From contig CAWBHS010000088.1 of assembly GCA_963788655.1 (NCBI GenBank), positions 32,001 to 96,000 on the forward strand: a stretch of 64,000 bases of DNA. The letters run 5' to 3'. Below the pieces are notes generated by a model. It was not told the origin of the DNA, searched no databases, and saw only the letters and a program-made list of their open reading frames with translations. The first letter of the stretch is position 1. Each line of letters begins with the position of its first letter. The translations under genes and the position numbers were made by a program. This DNA comes from an uncultured Verrucomicrobiae bacterium (lineage in GTDB: Bacteria > Verrucomicrobiota > Verrucomicrobiia > Limisphaerales > JAFGQR01). Positions 48,756 through 61,700 of the stretch are shown here, piece after piece.

Positions 48756-51700
48756 ATGAAAATGGTCATAACCAAAGGGATTCTTGGGGCAATCCTCCTG
48801 ATGGGATTTGCCTCCAGTGCGTTGGCGGGCAGCGTCATGGTCTGGACCAACACCGCTGGGGGGAACTGGAAAAATGCCGCCAATTGGGAAGGAAGCAAGG
48901 CCCCGGGAGGGGGTGACACCGCCATTATCACCAACGCCGGCAACTACACGGTGACCCTCGATGCCAATGTGGACGTGGGCAACTTGGTCCTGGGGGGTGC
49001 CGCCGGTATGCAAATCCTGGAGGTCGGCTCCATGAGGCTCCGCTTGAAGTCGTCCAGCCTGACCAGCGTCGTGCAACCGCACGGCCAGCTCAATTTGTCC
49101 GGAGGCACCATCGAGCAAGAAGCGCTGACAGTGGCCGGCGCCCTGAACTGGACTGCGGGGCAGATCAAAGCGCCTTTGAACATCCTCGCGGGAGGACGAG
49201 TCGAGCTCAGCGGTCTGGCGCCCAAGTTTTTTGGCACCAGCGGCGCGACCAACGTTTGCGGGCTGACCAACTACGGCACGGTGGTCTGGTCGGACTTAGG
49301 CGGGCTGCAACTTTACGAAGGAACGGTGGTTCACAACGAGGGCTTGTTCCAGGTAGCCAATGATCTGGAACTGGCCGGGACCAACACGTTTTCGCCAGTG
49401 TTTCTCAATGTCGGGACCTTTCAAAAGGTGGCTGGTCCCGGCGCAACGCGCATTGGCGACATTATTTTTCAGGGCGGGGGCACGATTGACGTGCAATCCG
49501 GTTACGTGAGTTTCCCCACGGGGAAGCAAACGCTGGCTGATGGCACCCGCGTCACCGGTGCCGGGGCACTGCGGATTGATGGCGCCGAAATCACGCTGAA
49601 CGGCACCATCACCGTGGATACGCCCGTGGAGATGGTCGCCGGCAAATTCAAGGGAAACAACACCATTGCCGGCGGCCTGAAATGGTCCGGCGGCAGCCTC
49701 GAGGGAACCACCATGGTAAACGGTGTCCTGAACTGGCAGGGCGGCAAATCGGGCAATCCCATCACGGTGAATGGCGCGGTGAATCTCAGCGCGGGCGAAA
49801 TCGCCGGCGGCCCCATCACGATCAATGGCGATTTTAATTGGACGGGCGGTTCGATCACGACCGACAAACTGACGGTCAACGGCAACACGACTTGGTCGGG
49901 GGGCGTGCTCACCAAGGTCCTGCCCATCGCCACTGGCCGGCAGTTGCTCATCCAGGAGGCCGGGACCAAGACCATTGATGGCGGCCTGATCGAAAACCGG
50001 GGCACAACCATTTTCATTGGTGCCGGCAGCGTGCTCATGGAAGGCGGGGCGGAGTTTCTCAACTATGGCACCACACGCGTTGATAACGACACGCCCATCA
50101 CCGGGGCTGCCTGCACCTCCTGTAAGTTCTACAACTACGGCACCCTGGCCAAGACCTCGAGCGGCATGACCGCCTGGCAGACCGTGCAGTTGTTCAATCA
50201 AGGCACGTTGGACCTCCAGGCTGGAATGCTTCAACTGACCGCCAACTCGCACACCTTCGAAGCCAATTCATCGGTGACCGGTGCGGGCAGTTTGCAAGTA
50301 GCGGGAGCGTCGCTGACGATCCGCTCGAACGTGGTCTGGCAGCCCGCCCTGGAATTGAACAAGGGCTGCCTGTTGGGCAACGCCTCGGTGGAAACCGACA
50401 TTCTTTGGCGGGAAGGCACCCTGGACGCGACGTTCAACATTCCCCTCGGACGGCAGCTAATTTTGAGCGGCAGCGGCACCAAGATTCTCGCCAAGGACGC
50501 CGTGCTGAATGTGTGGGGAGGGATGCAATTTGCGGATCGGACGAAGGTGCAATTCTACGCCAACGCCACGATCAACAATTACGGCCTCGTCGAAATCCAA
50601 AGTGACAATCCATTCGATTTCAATGGCTCCGATAAAGCCTGGTTCAAAAACTATGGAACTTTGCAGCGCACTGGTGCCAACAAGGAATTGCAATTCGATC
50701 AACTCCAACTCGTCAACTCCGGCACCCTGGACCTGCAAACCGCCGGGATCGTTTTCAAGGCCAACACGCATAGCTTGCAGTCGGGTTCACAGTGCCTCGG
50801 TCCCGTGCGGGTGGATGGCGCGACATTGCAGGTCAATGGCGAGATCACCAATACCGATCTGTTGGGTCTGAACCGAGGTTATTTGATCGGCAATGCAACG
50901 TTCTCCGGTGGATTAGACTTTTCCGGTGGCGAACTCGAGGCCACCCTGGTGATCAACGGCCCCCTCACCTGGTCCGGCGGCTTGCTCTCCGGCGGGGTCA
51001 CCGCCAATGCGCCGGTCGCGTGGTCCGGTGGGGAACTCAAGGGCACGTTCAATCTGAACAACTCGATGGAGTGGAGCGGCGGCACGCTCACCAGTTCGCT
51101 GACCATTGGGGCTGGCAACGCCATGACCGTGCTGCCCGGCGGAACCAAACTGATTACCGGCACGCTGAACAACGCCGGGACGGTGACCGTGGTAAACAAT
51201 GGTCAGATCCAGGTTGTCAACGGCACCCCGTTCCTCAACAGCGGCCTGTTTGAAGTGCAGAGTCAGACGCCCTTCAAAGTCAACGGCACGGCCAAGCCCG
51301 TTTTCAACAACTCGGGCACGCTGCGCCGCTCCGTCTCCACCACCACGCTCGACTTTGGGGCGCTGCTGCTGAACAACGCCGGCACGCTGGACGTGCAGAG
51401 CAGCCGGGTCACTTTTTCGGCCAACAACCATACGTTGGCCGATGGCGCCCGCCTGACGGGCCCGGCGCCGTGCGGATCACGGGCGCAACGGTCACGTGGA
51501 ACAATCGCCTCAGCGCCGAAGCCCCTTCGAATTGGCGGCGGTTACTTGTTGGGCAATGCCAATGTTACCGGCAACCTGACCATGTCGGGCGGCCAGTTGC
51601 CCGGCGTGGTGGCGGTGAGCGATCAGTTTACGTGGTCCGGCGGCGAGGTGAAAGGCACGTTGACCGCGGCAACCACATCGCGTGGTCCGGCGGCTGGCTG

Positions 51701-54700
51701 TCGGGCGTCTTGAATGTGCCCGCCGCCTGCGGGTTTGACGTGTTGGACGGCGACTTGAAACTGATGACCGGCACCTTGAACAACTACGGCACGCTGTCCC
51801 TGCTCGCGCTTAGCCAAATCCAAATGGACTCCGGTGCCGTGATCAACAATGCCGGGCTGTGCGAAACCTGGTCCGATGATCCCTTCGCCCACCAAAACGG
51901 CGGCATTCCCACATTCGAGAACACGGGCACGTTCCGCAAGCTGGGACCAAGCCGGCCACAATTGCGGGCGACGGTGAATTTCCATCATCGCGGCATCCTG
52001 GATGTGGCGAGCAATACCTTGAGCTTCGTGGCGGGCAACCATACAGTTCAACAATGGCGCGGTCATTACCGGCGGTGGTTTGACGCGGCTGGCCGGGCGC
52101 AAGTTGACATGGTCTGGCGCCGTGACGAACACCGCGCCGGTGGATCGCGGCAGGCTGTTGGACGCCGCCGGAACGATTCGATGGAACGGTGACCTGGTCG
52201 GGCGGCACCCTTGGCGGCGCCCTGACCATTCCGGCGGCAGCGAACTTGGCCTGCATCGGCGCCGGAACCAAGACATTGGATTCAGTGGCCGTGACCGAAT
52301 CTGGGCTCGATGATACTGGAGGGCAGCGGCGCGCTGCGTTTGACGACGCCATCGTCATCGAGAACAAGGGTGTCTGGAACTTCAGGCGGCAAATTCCTTC
52401 CACGCCGAACGGCGGCAAGAAGTGGTTGAACAACTCCGGCACGTTCCGCAAAACGATGTCCACGGCCGAAGTCGCGTTTGATGTGATTCAACTGCAAAAT
52501 AGTGGCGTGCTGGACCTCCAGGCCGGCGTCATCAGTTTCCCGGCCAACACCCACACCTTGAGCACCGGCAGCCGCGTCGTGGGCAACGCCATCCTGCGCG
52601 TCAACGGCGGGACCATGAACCTCAACGGGACGCTGACGTTCGAAGCGCCGTTCGAGTTTACCGCGGGCCTGGTGCAAGGCTCAGCCACGATTAACGGCGA
52701 TATGACCTGGAGTGGCGGCGTGATTCCCGGTGGTTCGAACCCCGCCGTGTTCACAATCAACGGCAACCTCGGCTGGTCCGGCGGTCAACTCCTGGGCAAC
52801 GTGACGGCGAACGGCCAGGGCGCCTGGTCCGGCGGCACCTTGAACGGCACCTTGACTGTGCCGGCGGGGGCGCAACTGGCCATCGCCGCGGGAGCCATCA
52901 AACTCATGACCGGCATTTTGAACAATCGCGGCCGCGCGACCCTGGCGGACAACCAAATGGTCCAAATGGAAGGGGGGGGGGAGGAGGGGGAGGGAAGGAG
53001 AGAGGGGGGAGGGGGGAGGGGGGGGACAACGGCGCTCAAATCAACAATATCGGCACCTTCGAAGCCTCGAGCGGCACTCCGTGGAAAACCCAGAATGGTA
53101 ACCGCCCGGTGTTCAACAACACCGGCGTGTTTCGCAAGCTGGGTGCCGGCTTGCTGACGATCCCCGCCGCGGCCGAATTCCGGCACTTGCGGTCGCTGGA
53201 AGTCAATACGGGCACGATGAGTTTTGCGGCGGGGGGCCATCTGTTCAGCGACGGTGCCTCAATTTCAGGCGATGGCCAGTGCCAGGTGGACGGCGCCACC
53301 ATCAACCTGACGGGAACCGTCCAACTCGCCTGCCCGTTCACGTTGGCTTCGGGACTGTTGACTGGCGTCGGTTCGCTCAATGGCAACTGGACCTGGTCGG
53401 GGGGAGCCATCGGCGGCACGCTGACCCATCCCACGGGTCGCCAACTCCTGATCACCGGCACAGCCACCAAGACATTGAACAAGGATACCACCCTGGTTAA
53501 TGTGGGCCTGGTTGCGGTCGAGGACAAGGGGCCGCTGCAATTCCTCGAGAACACCACATTCAACAACCAGGGATTCCTCGTCTGGCGCGGCAGCGGCAGC
53601 TTTTCCACGGACGGCCACGGGAATCCGGTGCTCATCAACTCCGGCACCTTCCGCAAGACGGTCGCCACGGCGACGCTGGCCTTCAACGTCATTCAACTCC
53701 AGAACAGTGGGGTGCTGGACGTGCAGGCGGGCGTGATCAGTTTCCCGGCCAACACGCACTGGTTGAACAATGGCAGCCGCATCAGTGGCTCCGCCATTAC
53801 CCGCTTCGCGGGGGCGACGATGAACCTGGGTGGCACCCTTACCTTCGAGACGCCGGTCGAATTTACCGCCGGCACTCTGCAGGGCACAGCCACGATCAAC
53901 GGCAACCTGGCCATGTCGGGCGGCACCATCCCCAGTGGCTCGAGTTCGGGCGCCTTCACCCTCAACGGGAACCTTGGTTGGTCGGGCGGCACGCTGTACG
54001 GCTCGTTGACCGAGAACGGCACCGCCGACTGGTCGGACGGCACGCTTTACGGCAGTCTGTTGATCGCGCCCGCCGCGCAGTTGAACATCCGCAACGGCGG
54101 CAACCCGACCCTCAGCGGCACGCTGACCAACGCCGGCCAGGCGACCACCGTGGGCAATGCCTCGTTGACCGTGCTCGACAAATCCCTGTTCGTGAACAAC
54201 GGCCTGCTCGAGGTGCAGTTCGAGAAGCCGTTCGCCATGTCCGGCAATGGGAATGCCACGGTGATCAATGCCGGCACCTTGCGACGAACGATTTCCACCC
54301 GCGCCATGGATTTCAGCAGCGTGCTGCTCCAGAATAGCGGCACGCTCGACCTCGAAAGCGGCGATCTCACGTTTTCTGCGAACAGCCATGGCTTCGCCAA
54401 CGGCGCCCGTACCATGGGCGCCGGCACGGTGCGCGTGTTGGGCGGTACCTTGACGCTCGCGGGAACCAGCACGATGGACGCGCCGTTTGAACTCGCCGGC
54501 GGCGAATTGACCGGCACGGCCACCATCAACGCGAATGGCGGCATGACCTGGTCGGGCGGCATCATCCCCAATGGATCGGAAGGCGGCGTGTTCACGGTCA
54601 ACGGCAATGTCACCTGGTCCGGCGGCGAATTGGAGGGCAGCCTCACCGAGAATGGCATCCTCAATTGGAGCGACGGCCTCCTCGACGGCACGCTGACGAT

Positions 54701-57700
54701 TCCCGCAGCCTCGCGCGCGAACGTGCTGCCGCCCGGCCGGGGCTCCATCTCCGGCGTCCTCCAGAATGCCGGCACGATGGTCATCTCGAACAACGCCAGC
54801 ATCCTCCTGTTGGGCGGCACGCCCATCGTGAACAGCGGCGTGCTGGAACTGCAGAATGAACAGGCGCTCAAACCCAACGGCACCACGAAGGTCACCGTCC
54901 TCAATAGCGGCACGCTCCGCAAAACCATTTCTACCAAGTCGATGAAACTCGAATACGTGCTGCTGCAAAACAGCGGCACGCTCGATGTGCAAGCTGGCGA
55001 AATCAGCCTGGCCCTGAACACGCACAACTTCACCGATGGCACCCGCCTCACCGGTCCCGGCGCGGTGCGGGTGAACGGTGCCACGCTCGAGGTCGCCGGC
55101 AACCTGACGTTCGACGCCCCCTTCGAGCTGGCCGCCGGCACGATCGAGGGCAGCGCCACCATCACCGGCAACCTCACCTGCTCCGGCGGGACGATCGAGG
55201 ATCCGCTGCGCGTGAATGGCCCGTTCACTTGGACGGGCGGCTTGGTGAAGAACGGGCTCACGGCGGACGGCGCGGCCAACTGGTCTGGCGGCCAACTGGA
55301 AGGCACCTTCACCACCACGACCAACGGCACTCTGACCGTCTCCGGCAACGCGACGAAGCTCTTGAAGGGCACGTTGAACAACAATGGCAGCGTGACCTTG
55401 GCCGCGCCCGGCGGCTTGCAAAACAACGGCGGGACCATCCAGAACTACGGCGTTTTCAACCTGCTGGGCGACTCGACCATCGTCACCGTCGGCGGCGGGA
55501 GGCCCGTCTTGAACAATTACGCCGTGCTCAACCTCACCAACGGATTTGCGCGGTTCAACCTGGGGGGCGACTTCCAGCAATTCCCCGCCGGCATGCTTAA
55601 CCTGGCCATTGACGGCACGAACGTTGGGAACAGTCTCAACCAATTGGTCGGTTTGAACAAAACGACGCTGGCCGGCGCGCTGAATGTCCTGCTCACGACG
55701 AATTACGCGCCCGCGCTGGGCGACCGGCTGGAAATCGTCAAATGCACGGATCGGATCGGAACCTTCGGGACTTACGCCGCCAACACTCCGCGGCTGACCC
55801 CTGACTACAGCGTGACCAACGTGACGCTCTTCGCCGCCGCGCCGACCATCACCCGCCAGCCGCAGAGCAAGACCGTGGGCGCCGGCAGCACGGCGACATT
55901 CAGCGTGGACACCTACGGCAGCCTGCCGATGAGCTACCAATGGTGGTGGAACGACGCGCCGCTCGCTCGCGCCACCAACGCCGCCCTGAGCTTGACCAAC
56001 GTGACGCCCGCCCTGGAAACCAATTACCTGGTGGTCGTCACCAACATCTGGGGCGGCGTGACCAGCGCGCCGGTCACGTTGAGTGTCATCATCCCGCCGG
56101 CGATCACCCAGCAACCCGCCAGCCTCACGGTCAATCAAGGCGACCCCGCCGTCTTTCAAGTGCAGGCAACCGGCACCCACCTGAGTTATCGCTGGAGATT
56201 CGGGGACCACTGGCTCAGCGGCACGGATACCCCCGTGCTGGCGCTTACCAATGTGACCGCCGCGCAGTCCGGCAAGTACAAGGTGGAGATCAGCAACGTC
56301 GGCGGCACCATCACCAGCACGGAGGTGATACTGACGGTCATCGTTCCCCCCACCATCACTGAACATCCCCAGAGCAAGAACGTGGATGCCGGTTCCTCGG
56401 TCACCCTGACGGTTAAAGCCAATGGCACCGAACCGTTCCAGTATTTTTGGACCCGCGATGGCGTCGCCATTCCGGCCAACGGTGCCTCCCTGGAACTGCG
56501 AAATGTGCAGGCGGCCCAGGTGGGCGCCTATGCCGTGGTCGTCGCCAACGCGGCCGGTTTTGATGAGAGCCAGCCGGCCTTCATCGCGCTGAATGCGCCG
56601 CCGCAGATCACTGCCCAACCGGTTAGCCAATCGCTGGCGGTGGGCAGCAACGTGGTCTTCAGCGTTGCCGCCACGGGTGTGCCCGCGCCCACCTACCAGT
56701 GGCGCAAGAACGGCGTCAACATTTCTGGCGCCACCAGTCCCACGCTGGCCCTGCCCAATGTGAAACCGGGCGACTCGGGTAGCTATTCGGTCGTAGTAGC
56801 CAATCACTTTGGGGCGGTGGAAAGCGCGCATGCGGAGTTGGAAGTGCTCGTGCCCAAGCTGGCATTTGCGGACAACTTTGCCGACCGCGGCTACATCTAC
56901 ACTGCGTCCGGCTACGGCAGCGGGACGAATGCCGGCGCGACGTTTGAAAGCGAGGAACCCAAGCACGCCGGCAAGAAGAGCGCGACGACCTCGGTTTGGA
57001 TTTCCTGGTGGGCGCCGGCCAACGGTATTGTCACCTTTAGCACCGCGGGCAGTGATTTCGACACCGTGCTGGCCGTTTATCGCGGGTCGGCAGTGGCGGG
57101 GTTGACCAAGGTGGCGGCGGACGATGATTCGGCCGGTTACCATTGCAGCAGCGTGAGCTTCAACGCCAAGGCCGGCACCTACTACGAAATTGCGGTGGCC
57201 GGGGTGGGGGGTGAAAGTGGTGACATCGTCCTGGGCTGGGACCTGGTGGTGACTTCGGAGTTGCTGCCGGAGATTGTTCAGGCGCCGCTGGATCAGACCG
57301 CCAACACGAATGCCACCGTCGCGCTGGAAGTGGTGTTCAATGCCTTCGAACCCACGGCCATCCAGTGGTTCTTCCAAGGCCAACCAATCGAAGGCGCCAC
57401 GCAGAGCATTCTTAGCATCCCGGACCTCCAAGTGGTCAAGGTCGGCGGCTACGCCGTCCGGCTTACCGCCGCCTCGGGACGCACCGTGGTGTCGGCGCCG
57501 GGCGATGTGCAAATTAACACCGCCGGTCTGACGATGGTCGGCGCACGCAACAAGCTGACGGACGCGCTCGACTCCGCCCTTTTGTTCGACGCTCCCAGTG
57601 GTTTTGTCGATCATTCCAAAACCGCATCCAAGCCAAGCAATTTTACCACCCCCTCACGCGGTTACACCGGCAGCCAGGTGTTCAGCACGCTCGGCGCGGA

Positions 57701-58490
57701 CAAGGATGAAGACGAGCCGAATCATTGCGGGGTGCCGGGCGGGGCCTCCCGGTGGTTTGTGTATCAGGCGGCGATCACGGCGCCGGTGCTGTTTGACACC
57801 GAGGGCAGCAGCTTCGACACCGTGCTGGCCGTGTACACCGGTTCGGGCGCCAGTTACGACAGTTTGACGCCGGTGGCCTGCGACGACAACAGCGGTGCCG
57901 ACGGATTTACAAGCCGGGTGGTCTTCGATGCGGAAGCAGGCACACTGTATTACATCGCGGTGGACGGGGTGGACGGCGCGAGTGGCACCGTGGTGCTGAA
58001 TTACGGTTACGTGCTACCGCCGGTTCTGACCGAGGAACCGGTGTGCCAATCGGTGGCGGTGGGCAGCAGCCTGACCTTGTCGGCCAATGCCACCGGCGCT
58101 CCGGCGCCGGAATACCAATGGAGTTTCAACGGCATCGACATTCCGGGCGCCACCAGCGCGAGCGTGGTGATCGACGATTTTCAGCCTGATTGGCAGGGCA
58201 AATACCAGGTGCGCGTGCAAAACGTGTCCGGCTTCATCACCAGCAACCCCGTGGACGTTTATGCGGCCGGCGCCCTGCGGGTGGCGCAGTGCAAAATGAT
58301 GGCGCACGGATGGTTCCGTCTGCGCGTCGTGGGCGCGGTCAATGGCACGTACACGCTTCAGCGTTCAAGTGATCTGAAAAACTGGACACCGTTGGCCACC
58401 AACACGCTCCCCACGGGCGTTTGGGATTTTGACGACTTCCCTCCGTCCAATGTCCCGCACCGCTACTACCGGGTCATGCAAGTGCCGTAG
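48756..58490 (+). CDS. Giant secreted repeat protein (~3200 aa): WSGG/NxGT beta-solenoid repeats, Ig domains and PPC-like modules; frameshifted in 51.4-53.1 kb
   Basis: Signal peptide; ORFs 48756, 51470, 52189 and 53109 continue the same repeat pattern; Ig motifs PxITxQP..YQW..NG. Confidence 0.8.
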
Positions 58491-58611
58491 GCAGGTTGGT
58501 CTTGCGGTTGTTTGTGACCCGTTCATCATCCCCACTGTTCCAGGCAGCGCCAAGTTGGCATGGTCGGTGGAACCACGGATCCCCCGAAACAAGGCGCTTC
58601 GCCTCAGTTTG

Positions 58612-58733
58612 AGAGCGGGCTTTGAAAGTCCAGAATCCCGTAGCCACCGACGTGAGGAGGTGGAACTTGCCGCCCTTTGGCGCTGGCGAATCCGCCTCCT
58701 CACGTCGGCGGCTACCCTCTTCAAACACGCTCT
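58612..58733. mobile_element. MITE/REPIN-like element with nested GTAG REP pair
   Basis: Outer IR AGAGCGGGCTTTGAA / TTCAAACACGCTCT; inner GTAGCCACCGACGTGAGGAGGTGGA / TCCGCCTCCTCACGTCGGCGGCTAC (58640-58715). Confidence 0.65.
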
Positions 58734-58765
58734 GAGCCTGCGTCTCGAGCTGCCAAACGCCCGCC

Positions 58766-61700
58766 CTACGGCAAAGTGATCGCCCGGTAGTAACAGCGGG
58801 CGAGATTGGTGGAACCACGATGAATCAAGTCGAGCACGCCCGTGGGGGCATTGGTGTTGACCAGCGGCGACCAGTGCTGCAAGTCGCCGGAATACTCAAT
58901 GTGGAATTGGCCATCGGCCTGGCCGGTCAGGCGCAACCGGTTTTCGCCGGCAGGCGTTACCCCCATCGGCCGGAGTTGCGACGGGGTGGCCAGACTGTAA
59001 TGCAGTTGCACCAGACCGCTGCTGCCGCCCACGCCATCGACGGCGATGTAATACAACGTGCCGGGCGTAACGCGGAAAGCCGTCGCACTATCCAGCCCAT
59101 CCAGGCCACTGTCGTTATCGCAGGCCACCGGGACCAGCGAGTCGAAGGTACTGCCACCGGTATAAACCGCCAGGACCGTATCAAACGAACTGCCGTCCGT
59201 GTTCAGGTACAGGGTGCCCGTGGCTTCCGAAGTGTAGGCAAACCAGTGGGACGCGCCGCCCACAATCCCGCAATGGTTGGGTTCGCCGGGTTCCTTGTAC
59301 GCCCCCACGGTGCTGAACACTTGCGTGCCCGAGTACCCGCGGGCCACCCCAAATCCAGCCGGGGCTTTGCCGGTTTTGGGGGCAAAGCCAAACGGTCCAT
59401 TGCCGCCCAGGTGCAGGGTCTTGCCGGAACGAATCAGATGAATCAACTTGTTATAGGAACGCACGTCTTCCGCCTCGCCTCCCGTCCGGTTGACCTGCAA
59501 GTCAGCCACCTGGCTTTCCACGGTGTAACTGCCTTTCTTTAGCTTGACGGAGTATTTACCCACTTTCAGCGCGTTGGCTTTAGTGATGGTCAACCGGTTG
59601 GTCGTGGCTCCCTCAATGGGCGCGCCATCAAGCAACCATTCGTAAATGACATTGGTTTCTGTGCCGGTGACCAGTTGTAATTCAAACACCACCGGATTGC
59701 CTTCCGTTGTGGTTTGGCTGACGGGTTGCACGGCGATTTCCGGCAGCGTTTCCGGCGTCGCTTCAAATTGCCAGGCCAGCACCACCTCGCCAGTCGCGCC
59801 GTTCAGTCCGTCCACCGCTACCCGATACCGTTGTCCTGCGTGGGCCTGGAACATGACGGCGCTGTTCAAGAATCCGCCCCGATCTTCGTCGCTGGCGACT
59901 TCGTTAAGGGTGGTGACCGTTTCGCCCGTGTAAACCGCGAGCAACGTGTCAAAGCTGCTGCCCTCCGTATCGAACGTGGCAATCCCATCCGCCGGGGCCT
60001 GCCAGGTTAGCCACAGGGATTTGCCGCCGGGAAGTCCATGAGGTTCCGGTTCGCCGGGTTCACTGGTGGCTGAGGCATTGGTCGTGCGGCCCTGACCGGC
60101 GGGCGCCGTGAAGATTGTTTGGTCGGCGAACTGATCCGTCATTGGCAACGCCTCAAGCTGCACTGTGACCAGGGCGGGCTGGCTTTCCAACGCCCCCAGG
60201 TCATTTTGGATGGCCAGGGTGTAACGGCCGGCGTCGTGCGGCTGGACATTGCTGATGATTAGCATCGCATTGGTGGCCGCAGGAATATTCACGCCATTCA
60301 AACGCCACTGGAAGAGCGGCGGGCCATAAACCAGGTATTCCGTCGTCAAAACCAACGTGTCGCCAACCTGCAGTTCCTGGCTCTCGGGTTCGTGGGTAAT
60401 GAGTGGTGGCTGCGGCGGCAAGACCGTCAAAGTGAATTCCGGACTGAACACCGCGCCCACCTGGTTGCTGACGAGCACCGAGTAGGTGCCGGCATGACTG
60501 CTCCCGAGATCATCCAATCGGAGCGTGCGATTGGTGGCCTCGGCAATGGGTTGGCCGTTGTGGAACCAGAAATAAAACGGCAGGGGGGTATTGGTGACGG
60601 TGACCTCCATCATCACGGATCGATGTTCAAGCGCCATCTCGTTTTCGGGCCAGGTGGCCAGGGCGGGCTGGCCGGGTTGCTGGGCTTGCAGCACGATGAA
60701 ATCGTTGCTGGATACGGAGGACTGTGCCGTGCCGCCGACGGTGATTCTTCCTTGCGCATCAACGCGTATGGCCGTGCCGACGTTCGGCCCGGCCCGCGTG
60801 ATCGTAGATAATCTTCCACATCATCTCGCCGGCAGCGTTGCATTTCAGGGCGACGAGATCGGTGCCGGGACTTCCGGTTGCCGTGCCGGTGACATAGGCA
60901 TTTCCCGCGAGATCCAGGGCCATGGCTGCCGGGGTGTCGTCGCCCGGCAGATGGGAGTCATTGACCCAGGCCAGGGTGCCGTCCGGTAAGTACTTTAGCA
61001 CCGCGATGTCCCGTCCCGTTACCGACTGCGCCACTTGGGCGGCCACGTAAACATTGCCCGCGCGATCGACGGCGACGGCGCGGCCTTCGTCATCGGCGCT
61101 GGTCGCTCCATCATACCGCCGGGCCCAAAGCTGATGGCCATCGGGATCATACTTGACGGTGATCACGTCGTCCCCGGTGCCTTCTCCCGCTGACGTTCCG
61201 GTTACAATGATATTGCCTTGGCCATCCAGTGCCAGGGCGGCGGCGACGTTGTCGTGAATTGCGGGACCGGAATAGGTGGCCACCCAAATCAGGTTGCCAT
61301 CGGTATCGTATTTGATGGTGGTGAAATCCAGGCCATTGGTCAGCCCGGTGGAACTGCCGGCGACATAGACATTGCCGGCAGAATCCACCACCAAGGCCCG
61401 GGCTTCATCGCGCTGACTCGCGGGGCCATTGAAATGTGCCACCCAAAGGTGGGCCCCGGCGGGATCATACTTGACGGTGTGATAATCGCCTCCCGCCGTG
61501 CCCGTGACATACACATTGCCGGCAGCATCCACCGCCACGTCATCGGCGTCGTCGTCAATACTGTAGGAGAAACGGGCGGTCCAGTCCGGCGTGCCGTCGG
61601 GGGCATATTTCAGCGTGGCATAATCGAAATTGCCGCCCAAAGACTGACCGGTTATGTATGCATTGCCGGCGTCATCTACGGCGAGGGACTGGGCGGCGTC

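Noticed and set aside
52971..53026. 56-nt G/A-only tract as a phase-variation or G-quadruplex switch
   Set aside because: Removing it restores QMDNGAQINN, matching the sister repeat QMDSGAVINN, and it lies in a stretch dense with indels. It looks like a base-calling artefact.
51460..53110. Separate genes 48756-51713, 51470-52192, 52189-53157 and 53109-58490
   Set aside because: The repeat pattern runs continuously across the frame changes and only the first piece has a signal peptide, so it is treated as one gene.
53265..57614. 1449-aa minus-strand ORF and other long antisense ORFs (1806-3509, 44480-46585, 61218-63533)
   Set aside because: Shadow frames of GC-rich genes with no recognisable motifs.
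7906..58733. CRISPR array
   Set aside because: Repeats are dispersed palindromic pairs without a regular repeat-spacer structure, and there are no cas genes.
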